Origin: an uncultured Chloroflexia bacterium
GTDB lineage: Bacteria; Chloroflexota; Anaerolineae; JAAYZQ01
Assembly (NCBI GenBank): GCA_963700285.1
Contig: CAVOXA010000010.1
Location: forward strand, 832,001-896,000
Direction of reading: 5' to 3'
DNA: 64,000 nucleotides
Shown here: positions 8,612 to 17,606 of the stretch, in pieces
Layout of the letters: each line of letters starts with the position of its first letter
Position numbering within the stretch: the stretch's first letter is position 1
Notes under the pieces: generated by a model
Told to the model about the DNA's origin: nothing
The model's input: the letters and a program-made list of their open reading frames with translations, nothing else
Databases searched by the model: none
Position numbers and translations under genes: made by a program

Positions 8612-11600
8612 AGGTGCACTCATTGTCGGCGGAAGCATGTCCGGCATCCAGGCGGCGCTCGATCTGGCCAACTCTGGGATACAGGTGCATCTGGTCGAGC
8701 CCTCACCCTTCCTGGGCAACGGCGACGCGATCTGGCAGCGCTGGGGTACGAGCGCCGCGAAGATGCAGACTGCCGATCCTGGGAGACGTGCCGCACCGCC
8801 AACCGTGCCCCAACATCTGTTGAATGCCCGCTTTCTGGAAGTAGCGAAACACGCCAATGTCACGGTATGGACGAACACTTGCATCAGCCGTGCCGGGGTG
8901 GAGGCGCATGGCTTTCATGTTGAACTGCGCCAATACCCTCGCTACGTGGATCTCACCAGGTGCACGGCCTGCATGGACTGCATCGAGGTCTGCCCGGTCA
9001 CGGTGCCAGGTACTGACCACAAAGCCATCTACCTGGCAGACGGCGCCCAACCGGGATGCGCGGTCATCGACAAGCAGGGCAAGGCCCCCTGTTCCAACAC
9101 TTGCCCAGGTGGCATCCATGTCCAGGGCTACGTGGCGCTGATCGCCCAGGGCCGGTTTCAGGAGGCCCTAGATCTGATCCGCCAGGCCATTCCCTTTCCC
9201 GGCATCTGCGGCCGGATCTGCACCCATCCTTGTGAACTCAACTGCCGCCGCGCGGAGGTCGACGAGGCGGTCTCTATCCGCCTGCTCAAGCGCTTCGTGG
9301 CTGACTGGGAACGCCAGCAGGCGGCTGGAGTCCGCGCATCAGAATGCGTCCGCGCATCAGAATGCGTCCGCGCATCAGAATGCGTCAGCCCAACAGGGGT
9401 AGAAGTCCCGAACCTGGAACCTGTCCTGAGTGAATCTGAAGGATCCCCAGTTCCCAATCGCCAACGCGTGGCCGTAATAGGTGCCGGACCTGCCGGCTTG
9501 GCCGTCGCCGATGATCTGGCCCGCAGGCAGTACAGCGTCACGGTCTTTGAGGCCCAGCCTGTGGTGGGTGGGATGATGACCATGGGCATTCCCTCCTACC
9601 GGCTACCCCGTGACGTGATCCAGCAGGAGGTCAAGAGGATCGAAAGCCGGGGTGTTGAGATCCGTCTTGATTCGCCCATCGGCCCCGAGGGTAAGCACAC
9701 GTTGGACGATCTACTGGAACAGGGCTATGAAGCTGTCTTTGTCGGCGTGGGCGCACACAAGAGCTACAGACTGAGGATCCCTGGCGAGGAACTGCGGGGG
9801 GTGGTTCCAGGCATCGAGCTGCTGAAGGCCATCAACCTGTCACACCAGACCAACGACGAGGACGCGCGCATCCGCTGGCAGATGAAGGTCCTCAGCTACC
9901 TGCTGGGCGGTGCAGCCACCCGGGTGGCCATCATCGGTGGGGGGAACACGGCCATGGACGTGGCCCGTTCCCTCAAGCGGTTGGGGATAGACGACGTCCG
10001 GGTGCTCTATCGTCGTACCCGGACCGAGATGCCGGCCATGCCTGAGGAGATCGAAGAGGCGGAACACGAGGGCGTGCCCATCGAGTTCCTCGTCTCACCA
10101 GTGCGGATCCTGGGCAGCGAACCGGGGTCTGGAGCGAATGGGGTCGAGGGCCGGGTGATGGGCCTCGAGTGTGTGCGTATGAAGCTGGGCGAGCCGGACC
10201 ACTCGGGCCGGCGCAGGCCCGTTCCCATTGCCGGCAGCGAGTTCACGTTGGAATTGGACATGGTGGTACCAGCCATTGGCCAGTCGCCCGATCTGACCTT
10301 CCTGGGGCAAGGGCATCGCTTTGCCATCACCCGCGAAGGTACCTTCAACATCGATCGGGTATCTTATATGACCAACCTGCCCGGAGTCTTTGCCGCCGGC
10401 GATGCCATTACCCAGCCGGTATCTGTGATCGATGCCATTGGTTCGGCCAAACAGGCAGCAGCGGGCATTGACGCCTACCTGCGCGGCATGGAGGCCGAGG
10501 AAGTACAGGTATCTGACCGTGAGATGCCCATCTCTCGACGGGTGCTGGCGCCTGAGGAGTTGGTACCCAAGCCACGTCACCCATCGCCCATGATCCCCAT
10601 GGCCCGACGCCTGCGCAGTCACTCCGAGGTAGAACTGGGCTACAACGTGGCCGAGCCAGACGGGGTGGAGATGGCCGTCGCGGAGGCCCAACGGTGTCTC
10701 ATGTGCGGCCCCTGCTCCGAGTGTCTTGCCTGCGAGGCAGTCTGCGAGCCAAAGGCGATCCGCCATGACGATCATGAGCACTTTGAGCAGTTGGAGGTCG
10801 GCGCAGTCATCTGGGCAGACTATACGGATCCATTCTCCTTGGGGTTCAGGCCAGATGACCACGCTGCATCAGTGGACGGAGCGATGTCGGGTGGGGATTG
10901 GGGCCGGTGCCAAGACAACAGAGATGGCCATCCAGGCTTCTATCGGGTGGATCCGGGCGACCCCCTGGCCGGCTCGGCAGCAGCGGCGCGGGCGATGCTA
11001 GAGTTATTCGGCGAGCGACGGCATGCCGGACGTCAGGAACCCATGGTGAGCGCTGCAGGGACGGCCAGAATCGGAGTTTTTATCTGCCAATGCAACGGCC
11101 AGATCTCGGACATCGTGAATACGGCCTCACTTGAGGCCCAGGCCGGGATGTGGGAGGGCGTAGCCTACACCGATACGCTGGCCCAATCGTGCTCGCAGGA
11201 GGCGGCCGATGCCATCTACCAGGCCGTGACCGATCACGATCTGAACCATGTGGTGCTGGCCGCCTGCTCATGCTGCGCCGTGGATCAGGTCTGCTATAGC
11301 TGTACCTACCAGCGGGTGCGTTGCAAGGACAATCTGCTGGGGCGACATTTCGACCGCGGCAACCCATTATTTGAGTTCGTGAACATCCGGGAGCAGTGTG
11401 CGTGGATCCACGAAAACGATCCCCGGACTGCTACGGCTGCGGCCACGGCCATGGTCGCGGCTGCCGTTGCCAATACTCGGCTTTCGGTCGTGCGGCCCCG
11501 GGCATCGCTGCCTCTGGACAAGATGGTTCTGATCCTGGGCAACGGGCCGGCTGCGAACATTTGCCAGGACGCGCTGTCAAATCAGCAGATCCAGGCCCTG

Positions 11601-12185
11601 TGGCTGAGGACCCTACCCGGGCAGATCCGGCAGACGCCGAGTCACTTTACGGCGGTCCATAACAGCTCGCGGCTGGAACATGGATCGGCCCTGGTACTGG
11701 CCCCACGAGATGCCAGAGAGCAGGATCAGATCAACAAAGCCTTTGACACCGCAGGCCGCCAGCCGCGCAGCCGGCGCGATTGGGGCAGCGCTGATACCCA
11801 CCGGCCTGGCGTGTTCTTCTGTGATCCAACGGTGGATGCCATGATTGTCGGTATGGCCGTCGCAGCACGGACTGCAGCCTGGTTGGGCTCAGAACGTTCC
11901 TGGCCCAGAGCCATGGCCGCCCTGGTCGACCCCGATCGCTGCCGCGGCTGTGGGGACTGTGAATTGGTTTGTGAATATGGCGCTATACAACTGCAGCCAA
12001 TCCCGCATAGGCCTATCAGCGTTGCTTCAACCGGGCACGGAGAGATAGAGTATGTAGCCTGGATCGATCCCGCCATCTGCCAGGGCGAGGGCATCTGTGC
12101 CGTTCGCTGTCCGGCAGGAGCCATTTCCACAGGGCACCTCACCGGCGAGCAGATCGAGGCCATGCTGGAGGCTATGCTATCTTGA
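8604..12185 (+). CDS. HdrL-type multidomain flavoprotein: HdrA-like modules flanking a GltD/NfnB-like NAD(P)H oxidoreductase, with Fe-S domains
   Basis: TTG after GGAGG; CSNTCP, CGRICTHPCELNC, IGAGPAG, GGGNTAMD, AAGD; HdrA motifs IGVFICQC and VNIREQCAW; C-terminal 2x[4Fe-4S]. Confidence 0.85.
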   Translation: MSKGALIVGGSMSGIQAALDLANSGIQVHLVEPSPFLGNGDAIWQRWGTSAAKMQTADPGRRAAPPTVPQHLLNARFLEVAKHANVTVWTNTCISRAGVEAHGFHVELRQYPRYVDLTRCTACMDCIEVCPVTVPGTDHKAIYLADGAQPGCAVIDKQGKAPCSNTCPGGIHVQGYVALIAQGRFQEALDLIRQAIPFPGICGRICTHPCELNCRRAEVDEAVSIRLLKRFVADWERQQAAGVRASECVRASECVRASECVSPTGVEVPNLEPVLSESEGSPVPNRQRVAVIGAGPAGLAVADDLARRQYSVTVFEAQPVVGGMMTMGIPSYRLPRDVIQQEVKRIESRGVEIRLDSPIGPEGKHTLDDLLEQGYEAVFVGVGAHKSYRLRIPGEELRGVVPGIELLKAINLSHQTNDEDARIRWQMKVLSYLLGGAATRVAIIGGGNTAMDVARSLKRLGIDDVRVLYRRTRTEMPAMPEEIEEAEHEGVPIEFLVSPVRILGSEPGSGANGVEGRVMGLECVRMKLGEPDHSGRRRPVPIAGSEFTLELDMVVPAIGQSPDLTFLGQGHRFAITREGTFNIDRVSYMTNLPGVFAAGDAITQPVSVIDAIGSAKQAAAGIDAYLRGMEAEEVQVSDREMPISRRVLAPEELVPKPRHPSPMIPMARRLRSHSEVELGYNVAEPDGVEMAVAEAQRCLMCGPCSECLACEAVCEPKAIRHDDHEHFEQLEVGAVIWADYTDPFSLGFRPDDHAASVDGAMSGGDWGRCQDNRDGHPGFYRVDPGDPLAGSAAAARAMLELFGERRHAGRQEPMVSAAGTARIGVFICQCNGQISDIVNTASLEAQAGMWEGVAYTDTLAQSCSQEAADAIYQAVTDHDLNHVVLAACSCCAVDQVCYSCTYQRVRCKDNLLGRHFDRGNPLFEFVNIREQCAWIHENDPRTATAAATAMVAAAVANTRLSVVRPRASLPLDKMVLILGNGPAANICQDALSNQQIQALWLRTLPGQIRQTPSHFTAVHNSSRLEHGSALVLAPRDAREQDQINKAFDTAGRQPRSRRDWGSADTHRPGVFFCDPTVDAMIVGMAVAARTAAWLGSERSWPRAMAALVDPDRCRGCGDCELVCEYGAIQLQPIPHRPISVASTGHGEIEYVAWIDPAICQGEGICAVRCPAGAISTGHLTGEQIEAMLEAMLS
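9330..9386 (+). repeat. In-frame 18-bp tandem repeat x3 encoding (VRASEC)3
   Basis: GTCCGCGCATCAGAATGC repeated three times, followed by GTC. Confidence 0.95.
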
Positions 12186-12212
12186 GGTCATCGGAGCAAT
12201 GAGGAACGGCGA

Positions 12213-12617
12213 ATGACGGACACTGAAACGCGCATTGTCATCTTTACCTGCAACTGGAACGCCCACGAGAGCCTGCAGGACGCGGGTCAGCGCCATCTTC
12301 ACTTCCCCTCGGGGGTGATGCCGCTCAAAGTAGACTGCCTGGGGCAGCTCGGTGCCAGCGCGGTCCTGAGAGCATTCGAAAAGGGCGCCGATGGCGTCAT
12401 GCTGGTTGGTTGCCCACCTGAAGAGTGCCACTATGAGTTTGGCAGCCGGCGGGCGATGGAGCTTTTCGACCAAGTCCGAGAATTGGCCAAATTGCTGGGA
12501 TTCGGTGAGGAACGATTGGAACTTGTCCAGGTGTCCGCAGGTGGAGGTGAGGCATTGACCGAGAAGGTACGCCTCTTTGTCAAAGGCGTGTCCGCCAGGA
12601 ACGGGGCTGGGCGGTAG
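12213..12617 (+). CDS. mvhD: MvhD-family hydrogenase iron-sulfur subunit
   Basis: IFTCNW, KVDCLGQL, GADGVMLVGCPPEECHY, ERLEL. Confidence 0.85.
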   Translation: MTDTETRIVIFTCNWNAHESLQDAGQRHLHFPSGVMPLKVDCLGQLGASAVLRAFEKGADGVMLVGCPPEECHYEFGSRRAMELFDQVRELAKLLGFGEERLELVQVSAGGGEALTEKVRLFVKGVSARNGAGR

Positions 12618-12666
12618 GCCTGGTACGCCGGCTCTCCCACCAAGCCAAGGAGAGAATCACTCTTTC

Positions 12667-13815
12667 ATGAATTATCAGTCTATCGTTCAGAGGACACGCG
12701 CCTATCTGTGCCTAGATTGCGGCAAATGTACCGGCAGTTGCCCTTTGGCCCGGGTCGATCTGGAGTATTCGCCACGTCGCCTCGTCGAGCGAGTGGTCTT
12801 TGGCGAAGCCGAAGCCGTGATAGCCGATCCTCATCTGTGGAGCTGCATGACTTGCGGGTTGTGCAGTACCCGGTGCCCGTCGGACGTGGACTTTTCGCGG
12901 TTTATCATTGAACTGCGGTCCGAGGCCCTCCAGGCTGGCGAGCGGGGCACCTATGCCCACGACGGCGTCCTGCAAGAGGTTATGCGCCTCCAGACGAAGA
13001 ATGCTCACCAGGAGCGGACCGGCTGGCTCTCGGATGATATGCAAGTAGCGGAGGAAGGCGAGTACCTGTACTTTGTGGGCTGCCTGCCCTTCTTTGATGT
13101 TGTCTTTGCCGACCTGGACGTTAAGGCCCTGGACATCGCTCGCAGTGCGGTGCGGCTTCTGAATAAAGCCGGGATCGCTCCCATCATCAGCAACGAGGAA
13201 CGATGCTGCGGCGCAGATCTGCTGCTGGCGGGAGATGCAGACAGCTTTGGGCGCCTGGCAGAACTCAATGTTGAGGCTATCAAGGCCACCGGTGCGAAGA
13301 AGGTTATCTTTACCTGTGCCGAGTGCTACAACGCTTTCCGGACCGATTACCCAGCGTACGTGGGCGCGTTGCCCTTCGAGATGATGCATCTCACCGAACT
13401 GTTGGCGGAGAAGATCAGGGCTGGAGATCTCACGTTCGAGCCGCTGCCTGGATTGGTAACCTACCACGATCCCTGCCGCATGGGGCGCTACCTGGAGGTC
13501 TACGATCCACCGCGAGAAGTCATCAATGCCATCCCCGAGCTAAAGTTGGTTGAGATGGAGGACAATCGCGAGCGGGCGATGTGCTGTGGCTCTACGGCGT
13601 GGATCAACTGCAGCGGCTGCGCCAAGCTGATCCAAAAAGAGAAGCTGCGCCAGGCCGGGCAGACGGGGGCTGGGGTGATGTTGACGACCTGTCCCAAGTG
13701 CCAAATTCATTTGTCCTGTGCGGCGCGTGATCTGAAGGCTGCTGGCTCTGGAGAGCCGGCACAGGTGGTGGAAGTCGAGGACCTGGTAAGCTGGATTGGA
13801 CAGGCGTTAAGGTGA
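12667..13815 (+). CDS. HdrD/GlpC-like Fe-S oxidoreductase (4Fe-4S dicluster plus two CCG domains)
   Basis: CLDCGKCTGSCP, CMTCGLCSTRCP, FVGC, ERCCG, TYHDPCRMGR, MCCG, TCPKC. Confidence 0.88.
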   Translation: MNYQSIVQRTRAYLCLDCGKCTGSCPLARVDLEYSPRRLVERVVFGEAEAVIADPHLWSCMTCGLCSTRCPSDVDFSRFIIELRSEALQAGERGTYAHDGVLQEVMRLQTKNAHQERTGWLSDDMQVAEEGEYLYFVGCLPFFDVVFADLDVKALDIARSAVRLLNKAGIAPIISNEERCCGADLLLAGDADSFGRLAELNVEAIKATGAKKVIFTCAECYNAFRTDYPAYVGALPFEMMHLTELLAEKIRAGDLTFEPLPGLVTYHDPCRMGRYLEVYDPPREVINAIPELKLVEMEDNRERAMCCGSTAWINCSGCAKLIQKEKLRQAGQTGAGVMLTTCPKCQIHLSCAARDLKAAGSGEPAQVVEVEDLVSWIGQALR

Positions 13816-13909
13816 TGGAAAGCAGACAAGGATGGAGTGGCTGGCAGCCAGTCATCCTTTCCTGGGCAGCACCATGCGTACCGGGATCCCAGCGGTCAAG
13901 GGAGAATTG

Positions 13910-15238
13910 ATGGAACGAAACATTGTCGTGATCGGCATGGGCTACGTCGGCATTCCAGCGGCAGCGCTGCTGGCCGATGTACCAGGACACATTGTCACCG
14001 GTATCCAGCGGCGATCGCGTCGATCTGGTTGGAAGATCGACTGGATCAACGACGGCAAGAACCCCTTTGAGGGTGACGAACCGGGCATGGACGAGCTGAT
14101 CGCCCGGGTGGTTTTGCAAAAAAAGACCTTTCGAGTGACAGATGATTTTGCGGTCTGCAAGGACGCTGACGTCATCCTCATTGACGTCCAGACACCGACC
14201 AACACGGAGCGCATCCCCGAATACCTCAGCCTGCGCACAGTCAGCGCCCAGGCCGCCAATTACCTGCAGCCCGGGACGCTGGTGGTGATCGAGTCTACCG
14301 TGGCCCCCGGTACTACCGAGCACGTAGTCAAACCGATCCTGGAAGAGGGCTCGAGTCTGCAGTGTGGTACAGATTTTCACCTGGCCTTTTCCTACGAACG
14401 GGTTATGCCCGGCAAGTTGCTGGAGTATATCGTCGACTTTCCGCGGGTGGTGGGCGGCATTGACGAGGAAAGCACCCGTCGGGCGGTAGCATTGTACAAA
14501 ACGATCGTCCGCAAAGAGATCACGCCTGCCAGCGTGCTGACGGCGGAATTGGCCAAGACGATGGAAAACGCGTATCGCGACGTCAACATTGCCTTTGCCA
14601 ACGAGATGGCACGGATCTGCGAGGCGATGGGCGTAGACGTCTATGAGATACGAGAACTGATGAACGCCAGGCATGACCGGCACATGCACCTGGCAGGCGC
14701 CGGGGTGGGAGGCCACTGTCTGCCCAAAGACCCCTGGCTGCTCAAGTTCGGCGTGGATACCTACGGAGAGTACCCGGTGCCCTTGCGCATGATTGCCCTG
14801 GCCCGCGAGATCAACGATGAGATGCCCTTTCACCTGGCGGACCTGACTGTAGAAGCGCTGGCCGGGCAAGGCGTTGACCTGGACGAGGCCAAGATCACGG
14901 TACTCGGGGTGGCCTACCTTGAGGACTCGGACGATACCCGAAACACACCTGCAATAGCCGTGATCGACGCCCTCCAAGAGAAATGCGCCAGCGTAGTTGC
15001 CCACGATCCGTTTGTGCGGCATTTGGATGGCTATGAACTGACCCGTGACCTGGAGATGGCGTTGGCTGGCGCCGACGCAGCGGTCGTTGTCACCAAGCAC
15101 CGGCATTACTTTGATCTAGATCTGAACTGGCTCAGGGAAACGATGCGCACGCCCGTATTGATTGACGGCAGGAACGTCTTTGAGGCAACGGCAGTTCGAG
15201 AAGCTGGCCTCACTTACAGGGCCATTGGAAAAGCATGA
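13910..15238 (+). CDS. Nucleotide-sugar dehydrogenase (UDP-ManNAc/UDP-GlcNAc dehydrogenase family)
   Basis: IGMGYVG, ESTVAPGTT, ENAYRDVNIAFANE, GVGGHCLPKD, DGRN. Confidence 0.9.
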   Translation: MERNIVVIGMGYVGIPAAALLADVPGHIVTGIQRRSRRSGWKIDWINDGKNPFEGDEPGMDELIARVVLQKKTFRVTDDFAVCKDADVILIDVQTPTNTERIPEYLSLRTVSAQAANYLQPGTLVVIESTVAPGTTEHVVKPILEEGSSLQCGTDFHLAFSYERVMPGKLLEYIVDFPRVVGGIDEESTRRAVALYKTIVRKEITPASVLTAELAKTMENAYRDVNIAFANEMARICEAMGVDVYEIRELMNARHDRHMHLAGAGVGGHCLPKDPWLLKFGVDTYGEYPVPLRMIALAREINDEMPFHLADLTVEALAGQGVDLDEAKITVLGVAYLEDSDDTRNTPAIAVIDALQEKCASVVAHDPFVRHLDGYELTRDLEMALAGADAAVVVTKHRHYFDLDLNWLRETMRTPVLIDGRNVFEATAVREAGLTYRAIGKA

Positions 15239-15303
15239 TCTCAGAGTGCGATCGTTGTGTCGTCAGAGGGCTGGACGCGCGAGCGCTCTGAATAGGAACA
15301 CCG

Positions 15304-17022
15304 ATGCCATCTGGCCGGTCTGATTCGTGGCCAATTCAAGTCGCCGCCCCGGCTTTCCTGGGAAGCACTGCCCAGCAAGCCGCGCTCCTGCTGCGCGCCG
15401 CGGGAAGTGGCTTCTATGTCTGCGCGCCCGAGAACGGACCGGCCAAGTTGGTGGTCTCGCACAATCTGAGCGGAATACCCTGGGATGAGGCGCTGCCTGA
15501 GCGCGTAATAGAGTCCCGGGAAGCCGTTTTGGAAACGCACGTGGGCCGGCCGCCTGCGTTGGCCGTGCCTGCTATCTGGGGGGACATGGTGCGGGGCGTG
15601 CTCGTAGTGTTTGACGACACGCCGGACCGTACCTTTGACGAGCAGGACGTCGTTCTGCTCCAGCCGCTCGCCGACCTGGCAGCGACCATGCTTCGCCAGG
15701 CCGAGCGGCTGGCGAGGATGACGGCCCAATTCCGCGCTCTGCACGTGATCGACGTTGCGCTCACCTCCAGCGTGCATCTGGATCGTGTGCTGAGCTTGAT
15801 CCTGGACAAGGCGGTGGGATTGGTTGGCGCCGAGCATGGTTCGTTGCGTTTGCTCAACCCCGAAACCGGAGAGCTGGTACTGAAAGCCTACGTCGGCGAG
15901 GGCTGGACGCCGGAGGTAAGAGGCTACACTTTCCCCATCGGTCACGGGATCACAGGCTTGGTCGCACAGGAGCGCACACCATACCTCAGTCCCGACCTGC
16001 GCCAGGATCCGCAGAACGTCGTACTCTTTGACGAGATGCGCTCGGGCGTGGCAGTGCCCTTGCTGGTCGGCGATGGAGAATCGCACGAGCGCAAAGAACT
16101 GCTCGGCGTGCTGCTATTGGAGAGTACCCGTCGTGCCGCCTTTGACCGGCATGATGTCGAGTTGTTGCAAGCCCTGGCCCAGGAGGCCGTGATCGCCATC
16201 CAGAACGCCACCCAGCGTCAGAAGCTTCAATTGATGCACCAGACACTGCAGGACGAGCAGGAGCGACGGGTGGCTGCCGAAAAATGGACCGTCATGGGCC
16301 AGGCAGCCACGGCTCTGGCCCACCGCATCAACAACCTGATCGGCATTGTGCCCGCCAGCGCTGGTGAGATCCGCCGCACCCTGAGCGAGTTGCAGATGCC
16401 CCAAACCGACAGGGAGTGGATCGAAGCCAACCTGGACCGTATTCAGCGCAACAGCCATTTCGTGCTAAGGCTGGCCGATGCCTTGTTCCGGCCCTTTCAA
16501 GAGACCGGCCCGAGAGCGCGGTTCGATGTCAATAGGTTGCTGAACGAGGCCCTCCAGGCAGCCCACCTGAGCCCGGCCGGGCCCGGCGAACCCAGTCCCG
16601 TGGGCGCAAATGTTGAGGTACACGTCCTCCAGGACTATGCTCAGGCTCTGCCGGAAGTGGAGAGCAATTCGTTGCTGGTCGACGTCTTTTTGGAACTGAT
16701 CACCAACGCTCAGAAGGCGATGGAGGGCCAGCCGCGGAAGTGGTTGGAGCTTGGAACCCGGCTGGAACGGGATGAGGCCGGTTCCTGGGTCGTAGCCGAA
16801 GTGAGCGACACGGGGATCGGATTCACACCGGAACAGATGGTCCATCTGTGGGACATGTTCCAGCAAAGTACCGACGGGCTGGGGTTTGGTCTGTGGTGGG
16901 TGCGAACTTTTATCGAGCAGCAAGGCGGCACCATCGCTTGTGACAGCAGGCCGGGTGCAGGTGCCACTTTTACCGTGCGCTTGCCCTCGGTTTCCGACGG
17001 CGAGCACGAAAAGGCAAAGTAG
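15304..17022 (+). CDS. Cytoplasmic GAF-GAF sensor histidine kinase
   Basis: Two GAF-like segments; H-box AHRINNL, N-box ELITNA, DTGIG, GLGFGL. Confidence 0.88.
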   Translation: MPSGRSDSWPIQVAAPAFLGSTAQQAALLLRAAGSGFYVCAPENGPAKLVVSHNLSGIPWDEALPERVIESREAVLETHVGRPPALAVPAIWGDMVRGVLVVFDDTPDRTFDEQDVVLLQPLADLAATMLRQAERLARMTAQFRALHVIDVALTSSVHLDRVLSLILDKAVGLVGAEHGSLRLLNPETGELVLKAYVGEGWTPEVRGYTFPIGHGITGLVAQERTPYLSPDLRQDPQNVVLFDEMRSGVAVPLLVGDGESHERKELLGVLLLESTRRAAFDRHDVELLQALAQEAVIAIQNATQRQKLQLMHQTLQDEQERRVAAEKWTVMGQAATALAHRINNLIGIVPASAGEIRRTLSELQMPQTDREWIEANLDRIQRNSHFVLRLADALFRPFQETGPRARFDVNRLLNEALQAAHLSPAGPGEPSPVGANVEVHVLQDYAQALPEVESNSLLVDVFLELITNAQKAMEGQPRKWLELGTRLERDEAGSWVVAEVSDTGIGFTPEQMVHLWDMFQQSTDGLGFGLWWVRTFIEQQGGTIACDSRPGAGATFTVRLPSVSDGEHEKAK

Positions 17023-17037
17023 GGAGCAAAGCAGGTT

Positions 17038-17508
17038 ATGCGAGGCAAAATCCTGATTGTCGAAGATTTCGCAGACTGGCGAGAGCTGCTGAGCGGCTTG
17101 CTACAGCGCGAAGGCCATGAGACCCAGGCCGTGGACACGCTCCAGGAGGCGCAGGACTATCTTGACCACACCAAGGACCTGGATCTGGCGATCCTGGACA
17201 TCCGGCTGGTCGAGACCGACGAGAGCAACCAGGACGGAATGCGCTTGCTGGCTGAGATCCAGGGACGAAGAGACGCTACCAAGGTGATCATGATCACCGG
17301 TCACGGGACCATGGAGACCCAGCGACGGGCCTTCCGGGAGTACCATGCCTTTGACTTTTTCCGCAAAGAACAGTTCGACTCGGAGGAATTCAGGCAGACC
17401 GTGCACGAAGCGGTCGACCAGGCCGCCCGTGAGCGAAGCACAGTCAAGGAGACGGACTATATGCGTGGCCACCGCTACGAGACGTGGCAGCGCGAAAAAG
17501 ATGGCTAG
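17038..17508 (+). CDS. Single-domain response regulator
   Basis: ILIVED, LAILDIRL, VIMITGHG, FFRK. Confidence 0.9.
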   Translation: MRGKILIVEDFADWRELLSGLLQREGHETQAVDTLQEAQDYLDHTKDLDLAILDIRLVETDESNQDGMRLLAEIQGRRDATKVIMITGHGTMETQRRAFREYHAFDFFRKEQFDSEEFRQTVHEAVDQAARERSTVKETDYMRGHRYETWQREKDG

Positions 17509-17606
17509 CAAGCAGGACGAATCCCAGAGACGCGTGGCAGTGCTCAGCCGGCCCGTTGTAGGAAACGCTGAGCGCTGAACGCTGACCGCTTCCAAGGAGG
17601 AAAAAG

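Noticed and set aside
9330-9386. Tandem repeats (also 22403-22444) as CRISPR arrays
   Set aside because: No spacers, units only 15-18 bp, and no cas genes
12183-12213. hdrL TGA is in frame with mvhD (possible readthrough fusion)
   Set aside because: Not a conserved Cys position, no SECIS-like hairpin, and mvhD has its own RBS; a one-in-three coincidence or an old fission
3827-15106. Long antisense ORFs (e.g. 3827-5032, 7064-8290, 13604-15106; also 29117-30466)
   Set aside because: Shadow frames of well-supported genes in GC-rich DNA, with no recognisable motifs
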